From NCBI GenBank assembly GCA_000708835.1, contig DF237119.1:98364-162363 (forward strand): a stretch of DNA of 64,000 nt. Direction: 5' to 3'. Below are positions 1-11,210 of this stretch, one piece after another (the stretch's first letter is position 1; every line of letters begins with the position of its first letter). A program made the position numbers and the translations under genes. Source of the DNA: Klebsormidium nitens. Lineage: Eukaryota > Plantae > Klebsormidiophyceae. The notes beneath the pieces were generated by a model that was given only the letters and a program-made list of their open reading frames with translations, was not told where the DNA came from and made no database searches.

Positions 1-49
1 AAGAACATGAGGATTGCAGTGCGTGCTTTCTTTAGAAAATTTCACACAG

Positions 50-2366
50 GATGTCGTCCGACTCGGACCAGTACGTCGACAGGTGAGTGCCGCGTCGGAG
101 GCGGAATTGATCCGGATTAGAGTTGTTGCGACCGATCTGGGCCAATGCTTTAAGGGAGCGAGCTTTTGCGGTGTATCTGGGGACGGTAGTACGTGCTTTC
201 TCGTGAAGCTTCACACAGGACGTCGTCCTCCGACTCAGACCAGTACATCGACAGGTGACGTTTGCGTCTGACGGGAAAGGCACTCTGGAATTCATTGGTC
301 CGGTAATTCGGACGGGTTGGGTTGGTAAAAGGAAGGGGGTTGCTGTGTGTGGGAGCGCGTGAGTGTGTGTCGCGGTTGTCTTTCGGCCCAAGAACTGGTT
401 ACTGGATTTACTCTTCTCGAGAACGAAGAAACATTTGGAACTTGAGTCGTGGCGAGCGACTTGGACCAGTGCTCAAAAGAGGCTCTAGTGCCATTTAAAG
501 GATTTTCGTTCCTTAGTACGTGCGCTCTTTTGTGTATCTCGCACCGAATCGGCAACGGGTTCCGTATCTGGCCAGTTGTCGGCATGCCACGGGCCATTCT
601 CGAAGAAAACAGAACACCATGTACAGAAGACTGTATATGGGTGTACTTGTCTCAGAGATGGAGCCGTCCCGTAAGGCAGACCTTGACTCTGTTATACCTT
701 CTTTAAGGCGCCTTCTTGCTTCCGCTTCTGCTTGGCAGCTTGCGGTCTAGTCCAGGTTTCTCACTCTTGTTCTTCTGCACCTGCAGGAGGATCGTTATCA
801 AGCTCCTCGTCACGTACTTCGAGAAGCGGCATAGTGCCGAGGTAGGTTTCCCCGTGTCTTCGCGCTTCCGAGTTGTTGAGGATGCATGCTTCCTCCCTCT
901 CGGTAGCTTTACTGGTTTGTCCGTCTGCAAGTTCGCGTCACTCATTCTCGAGGAGACGCTAATATCAGCTTTGCCCAGCACTTCAAACGCTTCACGAAGG
1001 TCTTCTTTTGACCTAACAGACTTCCTTGGATTGACGCTGGCCGTTTTCTTTGGTCCAACCTCTAAAACTCCGAACATTGTCAGACTCGAAGTCTCATGTC
1101 GGAGCCTATCCGTCGCTGCTAGCTACTGCGGATATGGTCAAATCTTGCAATTAATCGTGATACAATTGTGGGATTCGTAGTGCTAAATTGGTCTAGGTTC
1201 GAAGCCACAACGTTTCAGACCAAAACATTACTTAGTCGCGCACAACATCACCGTCTTCAGCTCAGCTCGTGTTCTCTTTTCACAGGCTCTTGACCTCATG
1301 GCCCGCATTCTGGGCTTCACCGAAGAGGACAAGAAGCGGGTCGGGTTGGCCCAACTCGGGCGCCGGGGAGTGGTCTCCGGGGTGTTGGGCGCACCGGGCC
1401 GCATTGTCGGCGCCGTGTTTGGGGGCGCCAGCGCGCCGTCGTCGCCACGGGCCTCCGTCAGCGACCGGGATCCGGTACGGCACGTTTCGTCTTTTGGTTG
1501 CTTCAAACGGGTCGGATTCAAAAAAAACTTTCTTTTTTTGACACTCATATTTGAGCGCTACATCCTTTCAATCGTTCTGATGCCGAAGTCCTTCTGATGC
1601 CGAAGGACTTCAGCATCATACTCGAGTGTAGAAAAAGATGCGCGACTCCGTGACACACGTGTGTCGGTCTTCTAAGGAGTGACGCTGATTGAGTCCGAAC
1701 TCTTCATCTCATGCTTTGTGGACCTGTTCTCGCTTGGTTCGGGTTGAGCTCTTTGCTTCTGACGGGACCAAGTGTCAAGCTTGAGCGGTCGAGGAAAAAG
1801 CAATCCGGACACATCCTGCTCTGAAACCTCTAGGTAACATCGTATTTGTAACATTGGGTTGCGAGGCGTCTGTGTTTATTGGAACCCTTATTGAGATCTG
1901 CTCATTTCCTTTGGTGCAGTCGTCCGCCACATTCACCGACTTGTGGATCGACTTCCTTCTCAAAGAGGCCCAGCAACAAGAGGAGCAACGGCGGATCGAT
2001 GAAAGAGCGGCCGAGGAGAGGAATGCCCTGGCGGCAATGTCAGAGGAGCAGTTTACGTTGCCTCGATCGCGATCATCATTGTCGCCCCAGTCCTCCGCGT
2101 CCGTTGCTAACCTTCCAGGCGTTTACAATCCGAATACGTACTCGAGTCAAGTGTCTAGCCCGACCGGGGGTGCTTTGCCGGGGGTGTTTTATGCGAATGC
2201 GCTGTCCCCAAAGCAGTCCGCAGTGTCGACGGGTTCAGATCGGCGGAGATCGAGTCTCTTGGATGCCGATGGGCTTGCACTGCCGAGCCCAAGGGCTAGT
2301 GGGCTCCAAAGCGGTAGTGGAGAGTTCTCGTCCGTACCCCTCAATACAAACACAGGTGAAAAGTAA
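50..2366 (+). CDS. GC4: 3' part of plant-type golgin GC3/GC4 (GMAP-210/TRIP11-like, GRAB domain); 5' exons lie outside the window
   Basis: Exons 50-82 (and/or duplicate 219-254), 787-841, 1286-1474 and 1920-2366 all have GT-AG ends and consistent phases. They give RMSSDSDQYVDR-RIVIKLLVTYFEKRHSAE-ALDLMARILGFTEEDKKRVG..GVVSGVLGAPGRIVGAVFGG..-SSATFTDLWIDFLLKE..EFSSVPL. This matches the Arabidopsis GC3/GC4 C-terminus as I recall it (DRRIVIKLLVTYF..LDLMVRMLGF..GVVRGVLG..SFADLWVDFLLK..EFSTVPL). GC3 and GC4 cannot be distinguished here. Confidence 0.9.
219..254 (+). repeat. Tandem duplicate of golgin micro-exon 50-82 with its own splice sites
   Basis: ttcacacag|gATGTCGTCCGACTCGGACCAGTACGTCGACAG|gtgagt versus cttcacacag|gACGTCGTCCTCCGACTCAGACCAGTACATCGACAG|gtgacg. 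The exons are 33 and 36 nt, both phase 2-2. Confidence 0.85.
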
Positions 2367-3526
2367 GATATAGAATTCATATAACCTTTTAGCTGAATCG
2401 ATGATTTGGAATTTCTGAGCTATGCGGTTGATACAGGATGTTTCCGACGATGTCATGGTCTGCTTCTATTCTAAGTGACCTGGCATCCGATCCTCCGACG
2501 AGTTCGCCTCCATGTTATCTGTTTGGAATGTTTTGCAAATGGCACGCACCTGCAGTCGAGAATCGATGTGGGACGTCAACGTATGAGCATGGACGAATGA
2601 ACACTAAATGACAGGTTGCATATAACTAAAGCTAGACCGCCGCACACGCTCTCACCCTTTTCATGCAATCGATCTTCTATGCTTTCCGTGGGTGGTAGTC
2701 CGACAACGTCCAGGCTCAATACTGAACCCGACTGCACATGCATTCCATCGACATCTAGCTCAAGCGAATATGTCAGCATGCATGCCGTGGCACAAGGCGC
2801 TTTCGTGGGCTCATGCAAGCCTTGAAGGGACGCAATATAACACCGCGCAAGTTCAGTCACTGCTTGATATGGCGATAACAAACAGAAGCCATCATTAAAT
2901 GTACTCAGAAGCGCAATGGCATGATCTTAATGCGGACGGGCTTTACTGGCAGATTGCAGTTGTGGGCGAACCGCGTGACACAGTTGAGCATGGCGGCCGC
3001 CAAGTCGCACTGGAGAAAGCTTTAACGCTTCCATGGCGTTTCGAGCCTAAGTTGCCAGGAAATGAAGAAAGTCAGGAGACGTACAAAACGGAAATCAGCA
3101 CTGTTAGATTGAGGATCCCATACGAATGAACAGGGTGACAATCGTGTTGATACGCGTGCATATGCAATCGTGATTGAACGGACCGCGTGCCATCATTATC
3201 TATCTACGTTGTCATTGACGTCGAACCTCGTACGCGAAGACGCTACCAGTATTTGTAAGGCGCATCAGATGCTAAGACTTCTAGCTTAATTGCACTTTAA
3301 GTTCAAGTCCTTGCCTAGTCAACATCTGTATCTCTACGCTCTGTCTGCACTCCCTACGCCTTCTCGAATACACTCTCTATATGCGCATGACCTAGTGAGC
3401 CCATGCAGCTCTTCCTATCGAGCACCGAGAAGGTCTCTGACAGTGTTTCCACGTTGACGTCCCTAGACCCCGCTGCAAGCTCGTGTCGACGAAGTTCCCC
3501 TTCCTCAAGCCAGCCCGCAGAAACAC

Positions 3527-4850
3527 CTACACCCCAAACCGAAAGATCGGCATGTCTTCAGCGCCCGCCACGTTCGAGAGCGGCCGCGGCTCCGTCGCGC
3601 GCGCCGTCGCGGTTATCACCAGGCTGCCGCTCTCCTTGCCGCGCGCGTACACCTTCCCGGTGCGCTCCGCGAGCTCGCGCACCTGGGCCTCCGTCAGAGC
3701 CGGGTCGTCCGTCACGGTGTACATCTGGAACGTCACGCGGATCGGGAACCACTCATCGCGCTCCAGCTTAAACCCTGCCAAACCCTTGAAGGCGGCCAGG
3801 GTTCTTTCGGACGCCCGCAGCGTCGCGTACTCGAGGCCCGCCGTCCGAGGCGCGCCGCGGCCCGCGGCCGCGGGGGCGCAGGCCTCGGGGGAGGTAGGCG
3901 GGGCGCCGGGAATAGCGGGCGCTGCGCCGAAAAGCGCACCCGGGGCAGAGCTACCGGAGGCGCAGCTACCCGGTGCGGGGAACTGACCAAAGCGCATAAG
4001 AGGGACAAAAGTCGGGAGCGGGGCGTAGTACAGAGGATACTGATATTGCGGGTTGTAGTAGTGCGGAGTATACACTGTGCCGAATCCGGGGCAGCACCAC
4101 GGCGGCGGCGGCTGGAACGGAAACGGGCCCGGAACGACCGGACTCAGCCGGAACCGGACGCTGCTTGAGCGGGATCTGGAACAGGAGCAGCGCGTTGCGG
4201 TCCGCCTCGTCGTCCGTCATCGGGCCCGTCTCCGGCGCGCCGCGCTCGCGGCGGTCTTGCGAGAGGCGCTTCGCGAGGAACATTGCGCCGCGGCCGCCGC
4301 GATTGAAGAGCAGCTTCTCGCTGCGCCCCGTGATGACGTGGGCTGACGTCCCCTGGGAGCTGGCCACGACAACTAGGACGGCGGGGTCGGCCGGGCGCGA
4401 CTGGTAGCTGTAGATCTGCGGGCAAAACTCGGTCTCGCCCGCGGGCCCGCACGGGAGCACGCACGCCTGCGCTGACGTCAGCAGGACGTCATCGCGGTCC
4501 AGGACCAGGCCGGGCAGGCCCAGGGTGTTGGCGACGTAGTCCCGGAAGCCGACGCGCCTCAGGTCGCTGGAGGGAGTCTCGTTGCCGGCGGTCACGCTGA
4601 ATGCGCCGATGGACACGTCAGCGGTGACGTCAGCAAAGTTGGGCTTGCGGAGCATGGGCAGGGAGTGGCCGGCCGCGTGGAGGGTGACGTCAGCGATGTT
4701 GGGCCCCCAGCAGCTGTGCTTGGTGCGCGCGGTGTCCTCCCAGGAGACGGTCTGGATGGCCAGGCCGTAACTCTGGGCCAGGCTCCGGGTGTGGGCGTTA
4801 CGGTGGAGGGACGCGATCTCGCGCACCAGGGAGGGCTCCATGTTGATCAT
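3527..4850 (-). CDS. GC-rich gene of an uncharacterised family, split across two frames near 4000-4160 (frameshift or short intron)
   Basis: ORF 3966..4850 (SWEDTARTKHSCWGPNIADVTL..PNFADVT..EFCPQIYSYQS..PAVLVVVASSQGTSA..NALLLFQIPLK) and ORF 3527..4075 (GLEYATL..LERDEWFPIRVTFQMYTVTDD..GSLV) share strong GC3 codon bias and overlap through a Pro/Tyr-rich linker. A ctgtag acceptor sits directly before the ATG at 4850. Function unknown. Confidence 0.75.
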
Positions 4851-6805
4851 CTACAGGATAACAAGCGGAGATGTTTAGAGTCTTTGAAAAGTGAGCACGT
4901 TTGAGAAAATGACTGATCGACGCATCGATTGCTCACTATGAAGTTCGTTTCTAAAGTCCATGTTCCACAATGCGGATGATCAACACTGGTGGCAGTTGCG
5001 CGCTAGGTTGGAGAGAGCAGACCTCAAAAGTCTTTCAAACTGCTGTCTTTGTGATATTGATGCCATTTACTGGAGGCACTTTCTCCTTGAACATTATTTT
5101 GAAGATTGACCCTATAGTATGGAACTAGTTCAAGGTTGAGCAAGTAAAAGGTTGATTGAGAGCAAGGAGAGACCGGCTTACTTTTTTATCTATGCTGAAG
5201 CTCCTCACGTCCTCTAATTAATTGTCCTTTTGGAAGTCTCAGTTATACAAAGCAACGTCCTGCAAGCTCTGATTAGCGATGTCCTGCAAACGCAAAGCCT
5301 CAGAGGTCGGTGTGAAACTCCTGGAAAGCAGAAAGACACGTGTTAGGCGGCAGATTTTATGCAAAACAAAAAGTGTGACATCCACCGATGGGTAGACTTG
5401 AAGGCAGAAGCACCAGAATGTACATAGCTGGCTTTAATCAGCATCGAAGGCTGTCTGCATGAATATCTCAATGGTTTATTGATGAAGAAGGAGTAGGTGC
5501 CTTCCTGCCACCCAGTCCTCAGAAGGTTTCCAAAATTTGCGTCAAGTTCTGTTAATGATTCTTGTCAAGACTATCTTACAACGTCTTGGAGTAGCTAGTC
5601 TTCCACTGTAGTCTTTCCCTGACATGGTGAACCTACCCGTTGGTGAGGAAGGATGACTACACGCAGAAACGACTATTATTTGAACAAAGCTGTACGCAAT
5701 GCTTATGGAAAGAAGGCAGCGGCGCCTGGAGCGTCGATAGACTGACACATTGACATTCTGAACCTTCAAATTATGGTTTCCCTGCATAATTAATCACTAC
5801 TCTAGACACTGTTGGGGGAAATGAGAGATTTAGAAGACCAACAAGACTTGAGTCTGGAATCTCACCTCAAGGAAGATAGCAGGCCGCCCGAGCAATACCG
5901 CGAACACCGTGCAGCGGAGCAGCTGCAGTAAGAATCTCAGAAGTTCAGTCACGGATGTTTGCGCTGGACAATCTCCCAACTGCTTCTAATGCAGTATGCT
6001 GGGGTCAATCGGTCAGAGATTGTTGCCAGATTGAGGACGTTGTCAGGTTGCCGCCAATTGGCCGTATGAGCCGTACTAGTAGGTGCCAGTGCGCAGAAGC
6101 CAGCTTGGACTCCCACAATCACTTTCGTTGCTGTCTGGTGAACAATTGAAGACAAGCGTTTGTTGTGATGTTGCAGGGACGCACTTGCTTTTATGTTGTC
6201 GGTGACGCCCCGGTGACGTCGTCTGGCTGCAGCAGCTCACACAGTCGAAGTAGTTAGCAGCCAGAGGGATCCCATTGGTCGAGGTGACATCGACCGTCGA
6301 TATTCTTCACCAGGTTATCGTGTGGACCCCACTCTTCCGTCGATGCGGCTGAAAAATACAGTGGGGATAAAGCCTCTGATTACCGTTCTCGTACGCCGTT
6401 CGTTCAAGCAATCAACGGTTGAAGTTGCATTGGTGACGCTGATCCAGCAACGCCTAGCCCCCAGGTTGCGAGCCTGAAGTTTGAGGGCATGTTATATGAC
6501 CATGGATGGCCACCGTTCGGTGATGGACGGTTCAATTTCCTCCATTTCAAAGTCGATTTCTAAGTTCCTTTCCCTTTAGCCTGCATTCCTCACTTGCATT
6601 TGCGCAAGTTTTGAGATCAAACAGAGTAGGTATCTGATCTAAGACTAGAGTATCTCTCCTGGCAGGTCTGAGGACGACTCTTCGAGCGCCCCGCCTGAAG
6701 GAGCATTTCAATCAGGCATGCCTCAGGTTTTCTCGTCAGGAGCCGCAGATCCTGCTTCCTTTTGAGACAGGAGGACGTGCCCAGGTCAAAGCAGAGCAAA
6801 CCCAA

Positions 6806-9440
6806 ATGAGGCGGGCAAGCACGCTCTTTCACCAGCTCAGAAACTTGGGCAAGGAGACCTGCAGTGAAACCCCGCTGGGAGCAACCGTTACCGGTTGTGG
6901 CCATGGTTACCGCACTGTCATACAGGGGCTGCATAACCATGTAGAAACAAATGCCGCAGCTGCTGGATCAAGCTGCGGTGATTGGTTGGCTCCTCCCAAT
7001 CCTCACGAGTGCGTGGACTCTGAAGCTGATGTAAGGCCCCGTTTGTTGGGGCGGGACTCCGATTGCAATGCCGACACGCCTAGTCCCTTTTGGCCAAGTG
7101 GCGCCATTGCCGAAAGCAGTCCCCACCTGCACCACTCACCCATCGGTCCTCTTCCGACCTCAGAAACACCACTCAGCAGCAGTTGGTCCCCTGCCCGCCC
7201 CTCAGCCAAACTTCCAGGGGCACCTCTGAAGCTACCACTACAGCAGAGTGTGTTTGGCTTTCAGCAGTCGTTACCTGTCCGGAAGCAGTGGGATCACAAG
7301 CGACACCATAGCTGGTGCAGTCATGATGGCAGGGGCTATAGCAGCAGAGCAGTCGACATGGTCCAGCGGGAACATGATGACAATGACACGGTGAGGCGCT
7401 GTTCCGTGTGCTAAGGGAACAGACAGTCTCGAGCAACTCTCATTCTAGCATTTGAGTTGTGGCACTTTGGCTGCAGGCCTGTGCACAGCCAGTATTTGTG
7501 TGCGGATTGTTTCCTGCATATACAAGCGACGGCTCGGCCACTGGTTTGTCGTTGAGCTCATCAAAGTTATGGATCCTATGAATCCTGCTTGCATTTCCTA
7601 CATTGGGTTGATACAGATGACAGGACTGTTGAGCTGATGGTTCTCTGGATCCGAGTAGTTAGTTTTTCCGGCCTTTCAAGGAATCGTGGAAACAAGAGTA
7701 CGGGGTTCTTTCTCCACACTTTAACCTCCTGAAAGGGATTCCTGTTTGCTCTTACTTCTGCATTCTGAGATTCTCTGGGATTTTCCAAGCGCCCCTGCGA
7801 GAGGGTTGAATGACCTGCTAAGAAACCAAGACCCCGAGCTTAGGTTGCAAAAGCGCTGGAGGTGTTTGGTGGACAATTTTAGGGTTGAGTTAAATGCCTT
7901 TCTGCAATGTTCGCTTGCTGCAAACTAGTCAAGGACTACTTCCCATTTGCGGTTCTGGCCTCTGGTCCCAAACCAATTTGATGTTTGGTTGCAAATGTGG
8001 GATTTGTTTTCGGCGCTTCAAACTGACGCTTCACCTGCTGATGGTGAGGTGTTGGTCGCTTGGTGCCTAGAACGAGCGGAGGCCCAGCTCGTGACAGCTA
8101 TGCATGCTGTACGCGTCTAGAAACCACCCAACATATATGTTACATCCACTCAGATTACCTAGTGAATTTTGTTGATGTCCTTGAGAGTACTCGCATGATT
8201 CTTTTTGCCTGGCTTTGCTGGTGGTATATGTCTTCGGCTTGTGGATGGAAACTTGTGACTTGTGCACCGCAATGAGAAACCTGAAAAAAGGAATGTGAGG
8301 TTGACATTCTTCATCTTCTCATGGATCTTTCATTTGATCTTCTTTGACTGTGTTGCGTTCTGGGCCAGCATAGTGTGTGCCTATTGCGACGCTTGCTAGG
8401 TTCTGAGGTGTGTGGAGGCATAACCTGCTTCCGCCGCCAACTCTGTCAAAGTCAGCTATCCTAGCTTGGCCTTCAGATTCTTGCGCATCAGAAACGGGCG
8501 CAGTTCCCGCAAAGTAAACCCCTCGTTTAACCAGCTTTACGCTCCTGGCATCCGGGCAGGGCCTTCAACATTTAAATCAGGTGTTATCTGGCGAAGTCTC
8601 TTGTTGATCATATCAAGGTTCCTACCTTTACTCACGCCCCCTGTTCCCATCCTGCAAATCCCGTTTTGCTACTTTTCCTGTCCGTACCAGATCGTTCATT
8701 TTGGTGACCCCCTAGTTTTCCCTGTACAGATCACGGTCAGCTCCACCGAGCACGAGAAGCGGTGCGGCATGTGCCTGAAAGTGCGCCGCCTGCGCGAGTT
8801 TCAGCCCCAGCGCTCGAGTCCCGACGGTGTCCATTACTGGTGCCGCGGGTGCGCTGCACAGCTCTCCCGCGCGCGGCGAGGCCTTGCGGCGGGCGTCGTC
8901 GCAGGCCAGGCCCACTGCCCTTGCTGCGGCGAGGTCAAAGACAGGGCCCTCTTTGGGCTGGAATCGCGGCAACGCTCCGGCCTGCAGAAGATCTGCCGAG
9001 CGTGCGTCGCTGAAGATTACCAAACGCGGCCGAACGTGACGGGGCGGTCGGAGAGGAAATGGCCGGTGTGGGCGCAGGAGCGCCGACCGATGGTCATCAC
9101 GCTGCGGCGGAAAGAGGGGCTTTGGGTGCCGACCGAAAAAGTGTGTCTGACGTGCGGGGAATTGAAAAGTGCGGGGGAGTATTTTTCGGATCCGACGAAG
9201 ATGGACGGCTTGAGGCAGTACTGCAAACCGTGCTGGTGCAGGAAACACTCGGTTCACCCGTCGAGACGAGTCAAGCGTCCCAAGCACCCGGAGGCACCGG
9301 TTATCCCGAGTGTGATGATGGACGAGGTCCGGGCTGCCTTCCGGTGGCTTGTCGGAGACGAACAAAAGATGCCCGATGCGGCGCGAAGAGAGACGGAACG
9401 TCAGAAGAGTCTGCAAAGTACTTCTAGGGGGGCCGAATAG
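6806..9440 (+). CDS. Triple C4 zinc-ribbon repeat protein, paralog 1 (possible organellar presequence)
   Basis: Exon 1 is 6806-7390 (donor cacg|gtgaggcgct) and exon 2 is 8730-9440 (acceptor cctgtacag), phase 0. Exon 2 has three CxxC-x(18-21)-CxxC units (CGMC..DGVHYWCRGC; CPCC..SGLQKICRAC; CLTC..DGLRQYCKPC). Exon 1 assignment rests on the donor being identical to that of paralog 2. Extra internal exons cannot be excluded. Confidence 0.75.
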
Positions 9441-11210
9441 ATTGTTCAAGTCGAGGGTTCTGGTTTGGATGGGCTGAGACGGAGACCGTTGTATTAACGT
9501 GCAATAAGAGATCATTTGCACAATCTCGAAGGGGATAAAGTAGTCGCGGAAGTCTAGTTAAGAGTGATGACTGACCGAAAGTGTAAAGTAGATTTACGGT
9601 GTGCCGGCCCGTGGGCCCGTACTGAGATGACGGTAGCAAGGTAGATCTAGACATGATGCAAAAATTAGATGTTAGCTAGCACGGCCGCCACGGAAAACAA
9701 GCAGGCCCGGAGCTAGCAGGCAACTCGGAGTTACTCGCTCTTAATGATTCGAGCCGCCGGACCATACATGTAAACAATGCCAACCATTGTGGCTTGGCAG
9801 CCTCCGCTGGCCCAGCTTAAATCATTCCTGATGAGCCGCGGTTCGAACAGCCGCTCTGGTCATGCCAGCATTTGCGATAGTTCTGAAGTCGTCGGATGCA
9901 CACGTCATTCGCTACTAGGGGTCCTCCCCTGGGTACTTCAGGCTGACAGCTAACATGATACGTCCTCTCCGATTGCAAGCTGCATGGGCCGGGCTCATGC
10001 ATAATCTGGCCCGGCCTGCTTGAGGCTAGCTGTTGATCCCCGCTCAGTTTGTTCGGCACCCATTGCGCGTTGTGGATTGAACGTACGCGAGCAGCTGTCG
10101 CCATCGATCGGCATGCGCGCAAAGGACGCTTGACTTATGTATGGCTCGCGGGCGACCGTCTGGCGCAGTCACACTGGTCCCATTGCCTGATCTTGAAATC
10201 CGCGAAAGGATCGATCAACCCAGTGACCATCACCGTATCAAGTGGAGAAAGTATTTGTAGAGATCTGCATATGGCAATGAGGAACGGTGGCTCGGACCGG
10301 GCAGGATTATCAATGTAATAATACCCAATACACATGGAGATTCGATTTAAACCTGTTCGGCCGCGTCCGGTGGGCCATGCGGCTAGCGCGGCAGCCAAGG
10401 ATGCTCTCTTACATGGACTTAAAAAGAAATGATAAAGTATGTGCGGCAGCTATTTTAGCTAGCTTCAAATGTTGAATATCGCGTAGGCTTGCTTCGTGCT
10501 TAATTGCTAAGAAGCTACTGGGTACATACTGGCTATCTTTGAACAATCATTACTGTATGCAACCTAAGAGGAACATGAAACGCGCAAGTGTGCTGTCCTC
10601 GAGTGTCACTATCAGTACTCGTGAGCTTATGTCATCTGGATTCACGTCATTTGACGTGTTCTTACATTTCAGATCACAGATCCCATTAATCTGCCAAGGT
10701 TCCATTATGTAGTCTCCTCGTGTCGTATTCTCAACGGAAGAAGTTGTTTCCAGCTTTTCGTGTTGATCCTGTTCGTAAGTCTATACCAACTTCTGAATTT
10801 TCGCAAGCATACGCCCTGCACTAAAGCTACGCGATATAGTCACGGGCAACGCATGCAAACGAATGACTATCTAAGGATTCTAGAGGGCCAGCCGCCTGCG
10901 CCGCAGAGCAGCTTGGGCCCCCGGGAGACGCCTCGATTCCCGGTCAATATTGTCATGCCGACTAAACCCGTTTCACACCTAGCCAAATTTCTATCTCAGC
11001 AGGCCCGGAACAATTGTTTAGTCGGCCTGGGGATAAGCTCGTCCATTTTTCTTCAAGGGGCCAGCTCTCCGCGCCACAGAGGTTTCTGGCCCTCGGGGAG
11101 AGGCGTCTCCCCGGCAATTCCATTCGAACCACATGTTTACACCTGAAACTCTAAAAGCCTCAGAAGTCTAAATTCCTGCACACTTTCTTCCGGGCCCCCG
11201 AAAAGAGGAC

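Noticed and set aside
4900-6700. Stretches that look like decayed coding sequence, such as WWQLRARLERADL..YWRHFLLEHYFED
   Set aside because: There are multiple stops, no recognisable domain and no consistent exon chain, so even a pseudogene call is unsupported.
9564-9626. Possible C/D snoRNA (GTGATGA ... CTGA)
   Set aside because: There is no terminal stem and no recognisable rRNA guide. Such short boxes arise by chance.
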